Shown here piece after piece: positions 50,564 through 61,712 of a stretch of DNA of 64,000 bases (positions are counted from its first letter, which is position 1; the number at the start of each line of letters is the position of its first letter). Below the pieces are notes generated by a model. The model saw nothing but the letters and a program-made list of their open reading frames with translations, did not search any database and was not told the origin of the DNA. Both the position numbers and the translations under genes were made by a program. Source of the stretch: Eledone cirrhosa (Eukaryota); NCBI GenBank assembly GCA_964016885.1, contig OZ024747.1:83514001-83578000 (forward strand), given 5' to 3'.

Positions 50564-52984
50564 ATATGTTTATATATATATATATATATTTATATCTATA
50601 TATATATGTTTTTTATTTTATATTTGATTGTCTGTTTGTTTGCTTGCTGTGTGTATGTATATGTTTGTTTTCCCTTTCCCCTTACCAAGAGAAGCAAATA
50701 TTTTCTTGTCTTCTCATTAAAACACCAAGTATATAATTTATGTAATGTGTGGATGATAAAATTAGAAACATTGTTTAGGTAATGGACTTTTGTATTGGCT
50801 TCTTTTGTCTATTTGTTTTAACTGTTGGGCTTTTTCTTTTTATCTCATCCTCATGAAATTTACTGAAAACACAAGACACTTAGACCATTCTACATTTTCT
50901 TCTGTTTCTTTCTATCTTGGCTTTACATTTATTTTTTTCTTGATGGATTCAGATTAGCTATTCACTATAGCTACTTTAGCAGTTCAGAAAATATTATTGT
51001 AAACTTGATGTTTTGTGCAGTATCTATGTAGTTTGGTCTAATTATGTTTCAAATTTGGATATCTCGTTTACATTTTCCTTTTCAATGCCGTTTCTTTTTT
51101 TCATCTTTGCTCCCTTATTATTATCAAACAGAAACCCTTTTTGTTTTATTTGTTACTACTACACAACCCTCCTTCAAGCCCCACATTGTGCACAAAATAA
51201 GTAATGTTTGGTTTCTTCACCAAACTTTAAGAAAGCTGTGGATTATATCATGCGTGCACACTTAGATACACACAAAACATCATTGACAGAGAACACTAAT
51301 TTCAGGCATTTGTCCCCTTTTTGTCTTACTTTTAATCGTGTTCCATGAATTCTAAATGTATATTTTAGAATACTTTTGACAGCCCATAGCATTTGAATGA
51401 GCATTTGTGTATGACAGACAGACAAAAAAAATGCCATACTGTTATTATGATATAGATTCTTTTTACATAAGTTTAAGTATCTTGAGTCATTTTTTTTTTT
51501 TTACTTCACTTTTCTCATTTTCGACACTTCTCTTTTCTCATTTTCGACACTTCTCTCTTCCCCCACTTCTCTCTTCCCCCACTTCTATCATTACACATTT
51601 TGTTAACTCTACCTTTCATCAAGTCCTAACTTATCACTAAATATTTTACTGGAATTTCAGTTTCAGTATTGTTGCTGCCTTTCTGTTGTCAGTTTGATGC
51701 AAAAGTTGCCTGCCTGTCTGTAATGTATAACTAATTAAACCTTAATTAGATATAGAGCACTCTCAGTAAAATATACTTTGTTTAACCCCTTTATTATCAT
51801 ATTTCTAATGAAAGACACCACCTGATCTTCAAATAATTTTACAAATAATCAAGAATTTGGAGTGATTTGATAACTAACTTTCTCATTATTAAGCTGGTGT
51901 TTAGAGCCCAGCTTTACAAAGATTCTTATATAAAATTATGATGGAAGGTTTTTAGATAAATATGAATAATTTAAAATATACAGTTTTGTATTGTAGAACT
52001 ACGCCTGGGTGTCATGATGATTATGAAAACTAAGGGTTAAGATGTGTCCTGTAAAGTACAAGTGTGTTTAATGCCCCATATATGTTTATATGTAAAGTGT
52101 TTGTTGCTATTATCGATACCATCATTTAACATCTGTTTTCTCTGCCAGTAAAGTTTGGATGGCCTGTCACTGACCAAGTCAGCACACAGGGCCACCAACA
52201 TTTCAGATGAGACGGGGCTTCCCACATCATTTATGTTCTCGTACTCTACCAGGTTGTGTGCAAAGAATATTCCATATCATTTTTGACTCTTTATCTAAAA
52301 TGTGTTTTTTGGGGTGGTGGTGGTAGGGGTTGTGGTTTCTTTGAAATTCATAGTATCACTGCCAATAAATATCAACTGATCCAATGTACACTTATATCAA
52401 TATCTTTTCATAGGTTATTACCTAATTGTTTGTTTTAACCCTTTCTTTACCCTATTTGATAGCAGATCACCTAAAGCTCCCTGATGTTGTATGATAAAAC
52501 TCGGTTTACTTTAAAATGTTTATTTTTATCTAAAAACCTCCCATCATAATTTTTTGTAAAAAACTTTGTTTCAAACACCAGCTTATTAAAGTGAAAGTTA
52601 GTAGTATCACTAGATCCCTTCAAATTCTTGATTGGCAGAGCTAATTATTTCAAAAAGTATTAAAAATTTATAGGTAATGTTTTCCATTAAAAATATAACA
52701 ACGTGAGTGTTGAATTTGGAAAGATTTATTAAATTATTCATTATTTCATTATCAAAATGGTATTTGTAGTATAACTTAAAAGGTTTTTATATCAAATTAT
52801 GTTGGAAGATTTAAATTTAAATAGGAGCCCTTTAAAATGAATGACTTTGTTTGATAGAACAAGAGGCAGGTTTGGGTGGATTGGCATAAAAAAGGGTTAG
52901 ATAACTGCATTTCACATTACTACATTTTACAGTAATCTGTCATGCATGCATGTGCCAGCATACACAGATACAAATAAATACATA

Positions 52985-53869
52985 CGAGGTGTGTCAGAAA
53001 AGTTCCAGGACTGATGTCACAAAAGATTTATTTCAAACCCAAACTTCACACTAAGAGTTTTCTCCTTCAAAATAAGCCCCCTGGAGTCTAATGCACTTTT
53101 CCATCCTTTTCTGCTGCCATGCTTGCATGCACTCCTGGAAGGATTCTTCCGGGATCCTCCGCAGCTCCGTCGTCACAGCCTTTTTGATGTCGTCCACGTC
53201 TTCAAAACGGGTCCCCTCCGGGTCGTACTCGAAGATCCATGACTCATCACCGGTGATGACTGTCCCTAGCAAGTCTGGTTCGGTTTCAAGATGCTCGAGG
53301 ATGTCCTGGCACACTTGCATGTGTCGACCCTTCTGGTCATCGTTCAGCAGTTTTGGCACCATCTTTGCGCAGACTTTCCGCATGTCCAAATCTTCAATGA
53401 GAATCTTCCAGACGCTGTCCCGATTCATGCCCAACACATTTGCCATCAGTCGAACAGTCAGCCGACGATCGCTACACACCATCTGCCTGACGCACTCAAC
53501 GTTGACCTCAGTCCTGGTTGTTGAGGGCCTTCCGCTCCTGGGGCATCTTGCACCACTCAAAAACACGTGAGCGTGACATCGTCTCATCTCCATACACTTG
53601 CTGCAGCAATCCCAGTGCTTCTGACCGAGTTTTCCCCAACCGTACCAGAAACTTCAAGTTTGTTCGTTGCTCTCTGCTCATTGCTTGACTTGAAACAGAG
53701 GACATGTATATAAAATTATGAAGAAAGAAGTTTGATCGCTGCAGAGAGCTAAGATTACAGTTACATACTCCAGGGGGATTACTTTGAAGGAGAAAACTCT
53801 TAGTGTGAAGTTTGGGTTTGAAATAAATCTTTTGTGACATCAGTCCTGGAACTTTTCTGACACACCTCG
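52985..53869 (-). mobile_element. Non-autonomous mariner (Tc1/mariner; irritans-like ends), 885 bp, TA TSD, ~103-bp TIRs
   Basis: TA at 52983-52984 and 53870-53871. TIRs 52985-53087 / 53767-53869; outer 87 bp identical by eye, two mismatches further in. Confidence 0.96.
53051..53681 (-). pseudogene. Mariner transposase, frameshifted and lacking most of the catalytic domain
   Basis: MSREQRTNLKFLVRLGK...VYGDETMSRSRVFEW; PRSGRPST; KVCAKMVPKLL (WVPHEL equivalent); ITGDESWIFEYDPE joined directly to GTRFEDVDDIK...GAYFEG. Second D and YSPDLAP are absent. Confidence 0.93.
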
Positions 53870-54544
53870 TACACACACTCATTCTCTTGTAACTTAGTGA
53901 AGACACATGACCTAGTAGTTAGGATGTTTCACTCGAGATCATTAGGCTGTCGGTTCATTTCTTGGACGAGGTAGCACATTGTCTTCTTGATCAAGACACT
54001 TCACTTCATGTTGCTTTTCATGTAATAAATAAGATGCAACCCGAAGGAGGCAAACTAAACCTGCATAAATATGAGCTGTAAATTTCACAGCGGAATATTG
54101 ACACTAATACTTCATATATACAGATATACAGATATGATATGATATTTGCAAACTGGGGCACTGCATTCTTTCAAAGAATGTTTTGTTACCTTTATAAATA
54201 AATATGTTTTACAGATATGCCAAATGGAGGAAGCTTTACAGCATTTCACTTTTTCTCTTTTTTTTTTATCCACTTTTATCTTCTGCTAGGTCAGAGTGAC
54301 AATAGAATAATGGTATGAATTTATCTGTTTTGTGCTTTCAATCCACCCGTACAATACTGCTGATGTACATTTTTCATTGTTGCATTGTTGTTGCTCCTCG
54401 GTTCTAAGATAACGAAGGAACATTTTTTTCATTACTATAGAATACTTCAGTTGAAATTATATATCATTTGCAATTAACATGGCTACATATTCTCACTGTC
54501 TGCTATTCTTTTTATTTGTCTTATTACTTTGTCTGTCATTTTCT

Positions 54545-54610
<66 letters not shown>

Positions 54611-54611
<1 letters not shown>

Positions 54612-54771
54612 AACAACCCATTTGTGGCGCCTCCCCCCTATTGGGGATTTCGATTGTTGAAATTGTTTGTTTTTATATTTTTTACACGACTGTATGTAAA
54701 ATCCCCGGCATGTCTTTGTATTGTCCCCTTTCTTGTTGCGCCCTTGTGGCTAATAAAGAAATCTATCTAAT
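54611..54771 (+). mobile_element. Probable LINE 3' UTR end embedded in a (TATC)n microsatellite
   Basis: Ends GCCCTTGTGGCTAATAAAGAAAT. The same end (GCCCTTGTGGCCAATAAAGAAAT) occurs at 63121-63143 before (ATT)n. Confidence 0.55.
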
Positions 54772-55218
54772 AATCTATCTATCTATATCTACCTACCTAT
54801 CTATCTATTTGTCCATCCATCCATGTTTCATTCTGTCTGTGTCTCTCTGCCTATCTATCTCTGTCACCATATCTATCTAACTCATTTTTGGCAGCTGAGT
54901 GGAGTGGAGCAACATGAAATGAAGTATCTTGCTCAAGGACACAACATCCCACTGTATATCAGAGTTATGATTATGAGCCAAATACCCTAACTACAAAGTC
55001 ATGTTCACTCACTACCACTCATATTTCTGTTTAAAAAAAAAAATCTTGCACTTTGAAAACAATTTCCTTGTTGGTCAATTTAGTCTCATTTTGACATCTT
55101 ATGTAAACATCCTAATATCTAAAATAGAAATCTACTTATTGTTGTTAGGGCAACTTCCAGAGAACTTGCTAGGAAGAAGGAAAAGGAAATTAATTACACA
55201 CACACATTCATATAGGCA

Positions 55219-55267
<49 letters not shown>

Positions 55268-55747
55268 ATCTCTCTCTCTCTCTATATATACACACACACG
55301 CGTGCGAGAAGTTAAAGAAGTTTGACCTTTATGTGGGTTAATTCAACAGCAATGAAAAGCGTGTTAGATAATATAATATATCTTTCTTCAAAAAATCTCT
55401 CCTCACTTCTTGCCTGGTTTTTTCCAATATTATATATATATATAAATATGATATTGGGAAAAATCTCTCTCTATATAGATATTTCGGATCTAGCTGTTGA
55501 AACGGCTGGAGCTCAGCCGTCAGGGTCCTGACTCTTATTCTATTACTCACTCTACTACCCTAAGTATTGAGTACTCTGGTGCGTTATTGTCCACCTGGTT
55601 TCTTATCACACCCTCTTTGTTATCTATCTATATATCTATATATATATATATATATATTACAGTTAATAAATGAAACAAAACAAAATAAACACAGGAATGT
55701 AAAAATACAGTTATATTAGATTCACACTTGGAGGAGGTGTAGGAGGG

Positions 55748-55781
55748 TTCTACATTTCGGACAGAAGTCCTTCATCAGGAA
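55748..55781 (-). ncRNA. Minimal type-I hammerhead ribozyme motif
   Basis: Minus strand TTC-CTGATGA-A-GGAC-TTCT-GTCC-GAAA-TG-TA-GAA: intact core with one extra nt after A9, 4-bp helix II, GUA triplet, only 3-bp helix I. Confidence 0.75.
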
Positions 55782-56142
55782 AGTTCGGTTAAGGAGAGAA
55801 CAGCTAGATGTATGAGTAGTGTGAGGTTAGGAAAAGGGGGTTGGGAGGAGAAAGGTAGGTAGGGGGTGGGTAGGTGAAAGGTCCGGCCTGGAGAGGGGGG
55901 GGGGCACAAAGTGGAGGGTTTAGTGGTGTCATGGGTGTGGTTGTGTGTGTGCTGAAAAGAAGAAATTGGTAGATGTGTATGGCTTCAGTCTGTGTGTTAA
56001 TCTGAGACATGAAAATATCCAGAATCAGGTCTAAAGCCTCAGGCGTTAAGAAACAAAAGATGTTTTTTTTTGTTCTCCAGTGTTATTTTAATGTGTATCA
56101 CTACTATTATGTCTCGTAGCTAAGGTGTTGGATTGGCAGTAT

Positions 56143-56325
56143 GGATTGGCAGTATCGGTAGAGGGTCAGACACCATGCTTTCCAGCATAGTTACGTCCCT
56201 TTACGATCTGAGTTCAAATCCCGCCGAGGTTGACTTTGCCTTTCATCCTTACGGGGTCGATAAAATAAAGTACCAGTAATGCACTGGGTGATTGCTGGCC
56301 TTGTGCCTAAAGTAGAAACAATTAT
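56143..56325 (+). mobile_element. Young SINE A inserted in the A-box of an older SINE A (~56125-56510)
   Basis: GGATTGGCAGTAT occurs twice (56130-56155). After the tail, the older copy resumes with TTAGAACATTGGAC...GAATTCAAATCC. Confidence 0.85.
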
Positions 56326-57689
56326 TAGAACATTGGACAAAATGCTTTAGAGTATTTAGTTATGACATTCTATGTTCTGAATTCAAATCCTGCTGAGGGA
56401 AGCTTTGCATTTCATCCTTCTGGGGCTGATAAGCCCCAGGGTTGATATAATCGACTTTCTCCTTCCTTAAAAATTGCTGGCGTTGTGCCAATTTTTAGAA
56501 AGAATAATTTCTCATATTCAACTTATGTCTACAAATTAGTTGCTTCTGTTTATACCTGCTTCAGTTGCTTGTTTGAATGGCAGCTCAAGTATATTCTTTT
56601 AATCTTTCACTGGTTTCAGTCATTAGGCTCTGGTTATGTAGGACCATTGCCTTGAAAAGAATTTAGTCGATTATCTCAAACCCGGCGCTTATTTTTTGTT
56701 CATCTTGTACTTTATTTTATCAATCTCTTTTTGCCAAACTGCTAAGTTTGTGTATAGATCAAGACATTTAGTTTTAAAGGAGAGGAAAGTAAGAATGGGA
56801 TGAAAATGAAATAGCGCAATAATTTATGCAAGTATGCTCATACATGTGCATGTACTTGTACACCAGCTGAAACTGTTTATCATCATCTCAAACTGTCATA
56901 AGTATATGAAAAGGTATTTCTCGGTCTGTAGGAGCTGTCATTTGCCAGAAAGATTTACAGTAACACATGATATCAGTGCAGTAAAATAAGAGTTTAATGT
57001 TTGATAGGAATATATAACATTCTTTTTATTCTTTTGCTCATTTCAGTCATTAGACTGGGACATGCTGGGGTACCATCTTGAAGGGATTTAGTCAATCATA
57101 TAAACTCCAGTACTTACTTGAACTTATTTTATTGATTTCATTTTGTCAAAGTTACAGGATATAAACAAACAGTAAACATAAACACAGTCAGCACACATAA
57201 ATATACACATAACTCAGACTCATACACATAATATATACTCACACACATAATACATGCTGACACATACCTATGAGCTCCAACACAGCTTTTGTCAACCAAA
57301 TTTCCTTCACAAGACATTGGTCAACCCGAGCCTATAGTAGAAAACACTTGCCCTCTGTGCTACATGTTAGGACTAAACACGAAACCATGTGGTTACAATG
57401 CAAACTCCTTAAACACACAGCTATGTCTGCTCTGATACAGCCGTACCTACTCCTAAACAGCCAACCTACCTTTTTACAACCATGCCTGTTATATGAGAGA
57501 AATTCCACATGGTTTTCAACAAAGTGACATTATTATACTGCAATGTGTGAAATGTTGTTCAGATACAAGTATGGCAATTGTTTCAGACATTGTGCAAAGA
57601 AGAGTCTCATTCTCAGAGGAGGTCAAGGAAAGAAACTGCATCACAGTAAATTAATGTCTGAACATTTATGATACAGTAAGTGATATGTG

Positions 57690-58040
57690 AACAGCTTGCA
57701 GACTGTAGCCATACTGAGGCACTGCCATCAATGTTGCTACACCATAATCTTCCTTTACTGGATGGTTTTTGATGAATGAGGGAGTTTGATTCTGTTGCCG
57801 TCAGGGATCTCTGGTACTTCTTGAAGGCATTTATGTCCACTTCATGCAACTCTCTTAATGTTTCCAGCAGGATATTGAAGGGGGTGTAGATCTTTGAACC
57901 TTATAATATTGCAATATTTGGCCCTTATTCTAATTGGGGCGTTTGGAACCTTTGGCACTATGCAATTGCGACCAGTTTGGGGATTGATGTAACTGTCAGT
58001 GCCAACATTTTGTAGTACCCCGTTCAGGATTTTACTGAAA
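57690..58040 (-). mobile_element. CR1/Jockey-group LINE 3' fragment (frameshift and deletion)
   Basis: KILNGVLQN...TGRNCIVPK...; FNILLETLRELHEVDINAFKK; SNSLIHQ. Matches the N.LP..I....FK pattern ending ORF2 in this group. Confidence 0.6.
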
Positions 58041-58396
58041 CACACACACACACACACACATCTTTCCAGATCATCTGGGGATTTTCAGAAACAACAATGG
58101 TTCCTAGTTTTATTATACAGAGCTGTATATTTTTAAGTGCTTATATTTATCTAAAAATCTTTTATCATGATTCTGCTTAAGAACTTTTGTTAAAATATGT
58201 TCCTTACAGAAAGTTAATAGCAAGAAAGTTGCATAACTGAATCCCTCCAAATACTTGATTATTTTCAAAATGATTAGAACTATGGTAAAAAAGGGTTCAC
58301 TCTATTGTTACTGTATTATGAAATGAACAGCCAATGTGTTTCAAATAATTTTGAAAATAAAAAATTTGGAAGAATTTAGTAAATGTTATATCATCA

Positions 58397-58592
58397 GTGG
58401 ATTGGCAGTATAAGTAGAGCATCACACACCATGCTTTGCAGCATAGAGTTATGTCTCTTTACGTTCTGAGTTCAAATCCTATCAAGGTTAACTTTGCCTT
58501 TCATCCTTATTGGGTCGATAAAATGAAGTAACAGTAACGCACTAGGGTTGATTTAATTGACCTTTCCTTTCCTCCAAATTATTGGCCTTGTG
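58397..58592 (+). mobile_element. SINE family A
   Basis: GTGGATTGGCAGTAT...GAGTTCAAATCC...ACTTTGCCTTTCATCC...GGCCTTGTGC. Confidence 0.88.
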
Positions 58593-58974
58593 CTACTACT
58601 GCCACCCACACACACACACACATTCTACCTCCCCCCACCCACACACCTAAACACAAATGCTTGTTTTTCTTTTGTGTTTGATGTCTATAAATATATTCTT
58701 TTATTAAGATGGAAAAACAAAAGAGAAAAACAAAAACAAAATCTGGTGAAAAAAAAAATCCTTTTTCTTTTGATAAATGCAAATGTTTTAGTTTCCTTGT
58801 AATCCATTCTTCAAGTGATTTCATTTCCCCTTTCATGTTCCAACAGACAAGTTTTTGTCATTCATTTTGTGTGTTAAGCAACATACAAAATACCTCCTAC
58901 TCCACAGCCGGGCTCCTTTTCTCTGCTATAGTGTTCTAATTTACCCTATTATTCAACCTAATTCTCTCTCTCTC

Positions 58975-59019
<45 letters not shown>

Positions 59020-59073
59020 CGTTTCTGAATTTGTTTAGCAAGATTCTTTATCTGAAATCGTGTGTTGAAACCG

Positions 59074-59309
59074 ATATTGTTATACTTTGGGAGGGTCATG
59101 TTGCCAATAAGAAACACACGCACCAGTTGCTTTCACTTCAATTTATTATAATAAATTTATAATAAATTTATAAATTTCTGGTTGGTTGGTTGGTTCCACA
59201 ACCAGATAGTTGTTTATATATTGTCATAGTTCTTTCGTCACACACTCTGTGACCTCTTCAGTGACTGGGGATACCTTTCTTTGTTTTTGTGCCTCTCCTT
59301 TGTTCTGTC
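59074..59309 (-). repeat. Inverted copy of the PLE 3' pLTR segment (partner 61177-61420)
   Basis: 236 vs 244 bp; by eye one substitution and one 8-nt AT-rich indel. Confidence 0.95.
59223..59265 (-). ncRNA. Minimal hammerhead ribozyme, inverted pLTR copy
   Basis: Exact reverse complement of 61221-61263. Confidence 0.8.
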
Positions 59310-61019
59310 AAAATCGGCGGGAGTAACCGATCTAGGGACCTAACAAACTGCATAATAGGTAGTATGGATGTTGTGTCCCTGTATCCATCTATTGACGTGG
59401 ATTTTGCTGTGGAGAAATGCGTAGAAATGATCAGTGAGAGCAATGTTGAGTTCCGTGGGATTGATACCAGTGAGCTGGGACTTCTACTTAAACTTACCTA
59501 TAGTAATAATTACCTAGACACATATGACCTTAGCAACCTGTGCCCTACAAGACCAGCAAGAGGCAGACCACCTACCATTACCTCAATGGCCAAGAAAACC
59601 CACACAGATAGATGGAACGGGTGGACCAGAGCCATACGGACACCCGAAAACCACGATGAACTGAAGAAAATGATTGCACATGCGGTAGGGGCCAGCATAA
59701 AACTAACCCTTAAGGAACATATGTTCAAATTTAATGGAAAAACATATGCCCAAGAGGAAGGAGCAGCCATTGGTGTTAGCATTGCAGGCGACATAGCTAA
59801 CTTATTCATGGTATGGTGGGACAGTAGACTTAAACTTAAACTTAAAGAACAATTAGAAGACCCCTTAACCCTGATAATGTACTCCCGCTACGTTGATGAT
59901 ATAAACATCGTAGTTAAGACACCCCCACTATAGAACAGTCAGGAACTAGAGAAAAACACAATGGAAAGCATCCAGCAAATAGCTAACTCCATCCACCAGA
60001 GCATTAGAGTTACTATAGACTACCCAAGTAAACACCCCAACCATCGATTACCTGTACTAGACACAGAGCTCTGGTTAGATACCATTAATAACAAAAAACA
60101 AATTCTCCATTCCCATTATGCCAAACCCATGACTTCCAAACATCTGATCCACCGAAACTCGGCCGTTTCGGACCATACCAAAATCAACATACTGATTGCG
60201 GATTTGGTATGGGTGATGAGAAACGTGTCCCGCATGTGCAACCCCGAAGAACTAGAGAGACACATACAACACTTCATCCACCGTATGCAGTTCTCTGGCT
60301 ACAATCAGAGAGATAAAATCAGAGTGTATAGAGGAGCCAGAACCAAATGGGAAAAAATGGTAAATAATGACATAAATGGGACCTGCCCCTTGTATAGGAG
60401 CAAATTTTGGAATAGAATAGAAAGAACTAGGAACAAGGCTAATAGAATAAACTCATGGTATGATAGCAATAAATACCAGAGTGTAATGTTCATCGATACA
60501 ACCCCTAGAGGTGAATTAGCTTACAAATTTAAAAGGGCCCTAGATAAACATAAACTCAATATTAAGATAGTAGAAAGACCAGGTACCTCCGTAAAAACAC
60601 TTATTAGCAAGACATACCCTTTTCAAAGACCCTCATGTATAGATAAGAAATGTATAATCTGTAAAATAAGCCCCCATATTAACTGTAAAACTAGAAATGT
60701 AGTGTATAGCATAAGATGTACTGAAGGACAATATAGAGACAAAAATATAGTGTACATAGGTGAGACAGCTCGTAGTGTAGGGGAACGGATAAATGAACAC
60801 TGGCGAGACCTTCAAGATAGTAAAGAATCATCTGTACTCTACCAACATGCTAAAATAGAACACAAGGGTAAATTAGAGAACATAGAAATAAAAATAGAAT
60901 CTACACACAGAAAAGACGCAATGTTTAGACAAATCACAGAGGCAATAAACATAAAAGAATTACAACCAAAATTAAATAGAAAATACGAGTGGAACAGCAA
61001 CATCACAACTTACAATTAA
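59310..61019 (+). pseudogene. PLE polyprotein: reverse transcriptase (from motif 3), thumb, Cys cluster, GIY-YIG endonuclease; one in-frame TAG at 59931-59933
   Basis: SMDVVSLYPSI; FKFNGKTYAQEEGAAIG; YSRYVDD; LPVLDTEL; YAKPM; CIDKKCIIC; VVYSIRC...YIGET...RINEH...H...ITEA...LN. ORFs 59289 and 59961 are in the same frame (offset 672). Confidence 0.95.
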
Positions 61020-61220
61020 GGACAAAATGAAAACACACACACACATAGAACAAACAACCAACCAGTAACATGTAAATAAACAAATAAATAAATGAACATA
61101 AACATACACAGACCCCCGGATGTGGCGCATGCGCAGACTGAGCACACAACACACACACAGAAACAAAATGGCGTAGGACAGAACAAAGGAGAGGCACAAA
61201 AACAAAGAAAGGAATCCCCA

Positions 61221-61263
61221 GTCACTGAAGAGGTCACAGAGTGTGTGACGAAAGAACTATGAC
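61221..61263 (+). ncRNA. Minimal type-I hammerhead ribozyme in the PLE 3' pLTR
   Basis: GTCA-CTGAAGA-G-GTCACA-GAGTG-TGTGAC-GAAA-GAAC-TA-TGAC: 4-bp helix I, 6-bp helix II, CUA triplet. PLE pLTRs are known to carry minimal hammerheads. Confidence 0.82.
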
Positions 61264-61419
61264 AATATATAAACAACTATCTGGTTGTGGAACCAACCAA
61301 CCAACCAGAAATTTATAAATTTATAAATTTATTATAAATTTATTATAATAAATTGAAGTGAAAGCAACTGGTGCGTGTGTTTCTTATTGGCAACATGACC
61401 CTCCCAAAGTATAACAATA

Positions 61420-61466
<47 letters not shown>

Positions 61467-61675
61467 GTATATATATATATGTATGTTTATACACACACAC
61501 ACTCTTATTTATCACTTTACCTATCTCCTTGTTATAAAACTCAACTTAGTAGGAAATAAAGGCTATATAACTATTTAGTTCATCCTTCTCATACGGATTA
61601 TAGAATCACTTTGTAATTCGTTCTATATCTCCTCTTGTGTGCATGTATTTATGTATATATATATACATAGATATA

Positions 61676-61712
<37 letters not shown>

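Larger units (their letters stand above)
59018..61420 (+). mobile_element. Penelope-like retroelement, 5'-truncated, with inverted pLTR segment, inserted in (TA)n
   Basis: RT + GIY-YIG frame; inverted repeat 59074-59309 / 61177-61420; (TA)n on both flanks; hammerhead motif in each repeat arm. Confidence 0.95.

Noticed and set aside
53091-53570. 159-aa + strand ORF, and 7635..8009 on -
   Set aside because: Antisense shadows of transposase and RTE coding sequence.
59931-59933. Selenocysteine recoding in the PLE ORF, as known for some Naiad elements
   Set aside because: The stop is TAG, not TGA, and is not at an evident Cys position.
59074-61420. A DNA transposon with long TIRs carrying an RT
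   Set aside because: No transposase or discrete TSD. The arms are the PLE's own 3' segment, and the left arm has extra sequence beyond the repeat; this fits an inverted pLTR.
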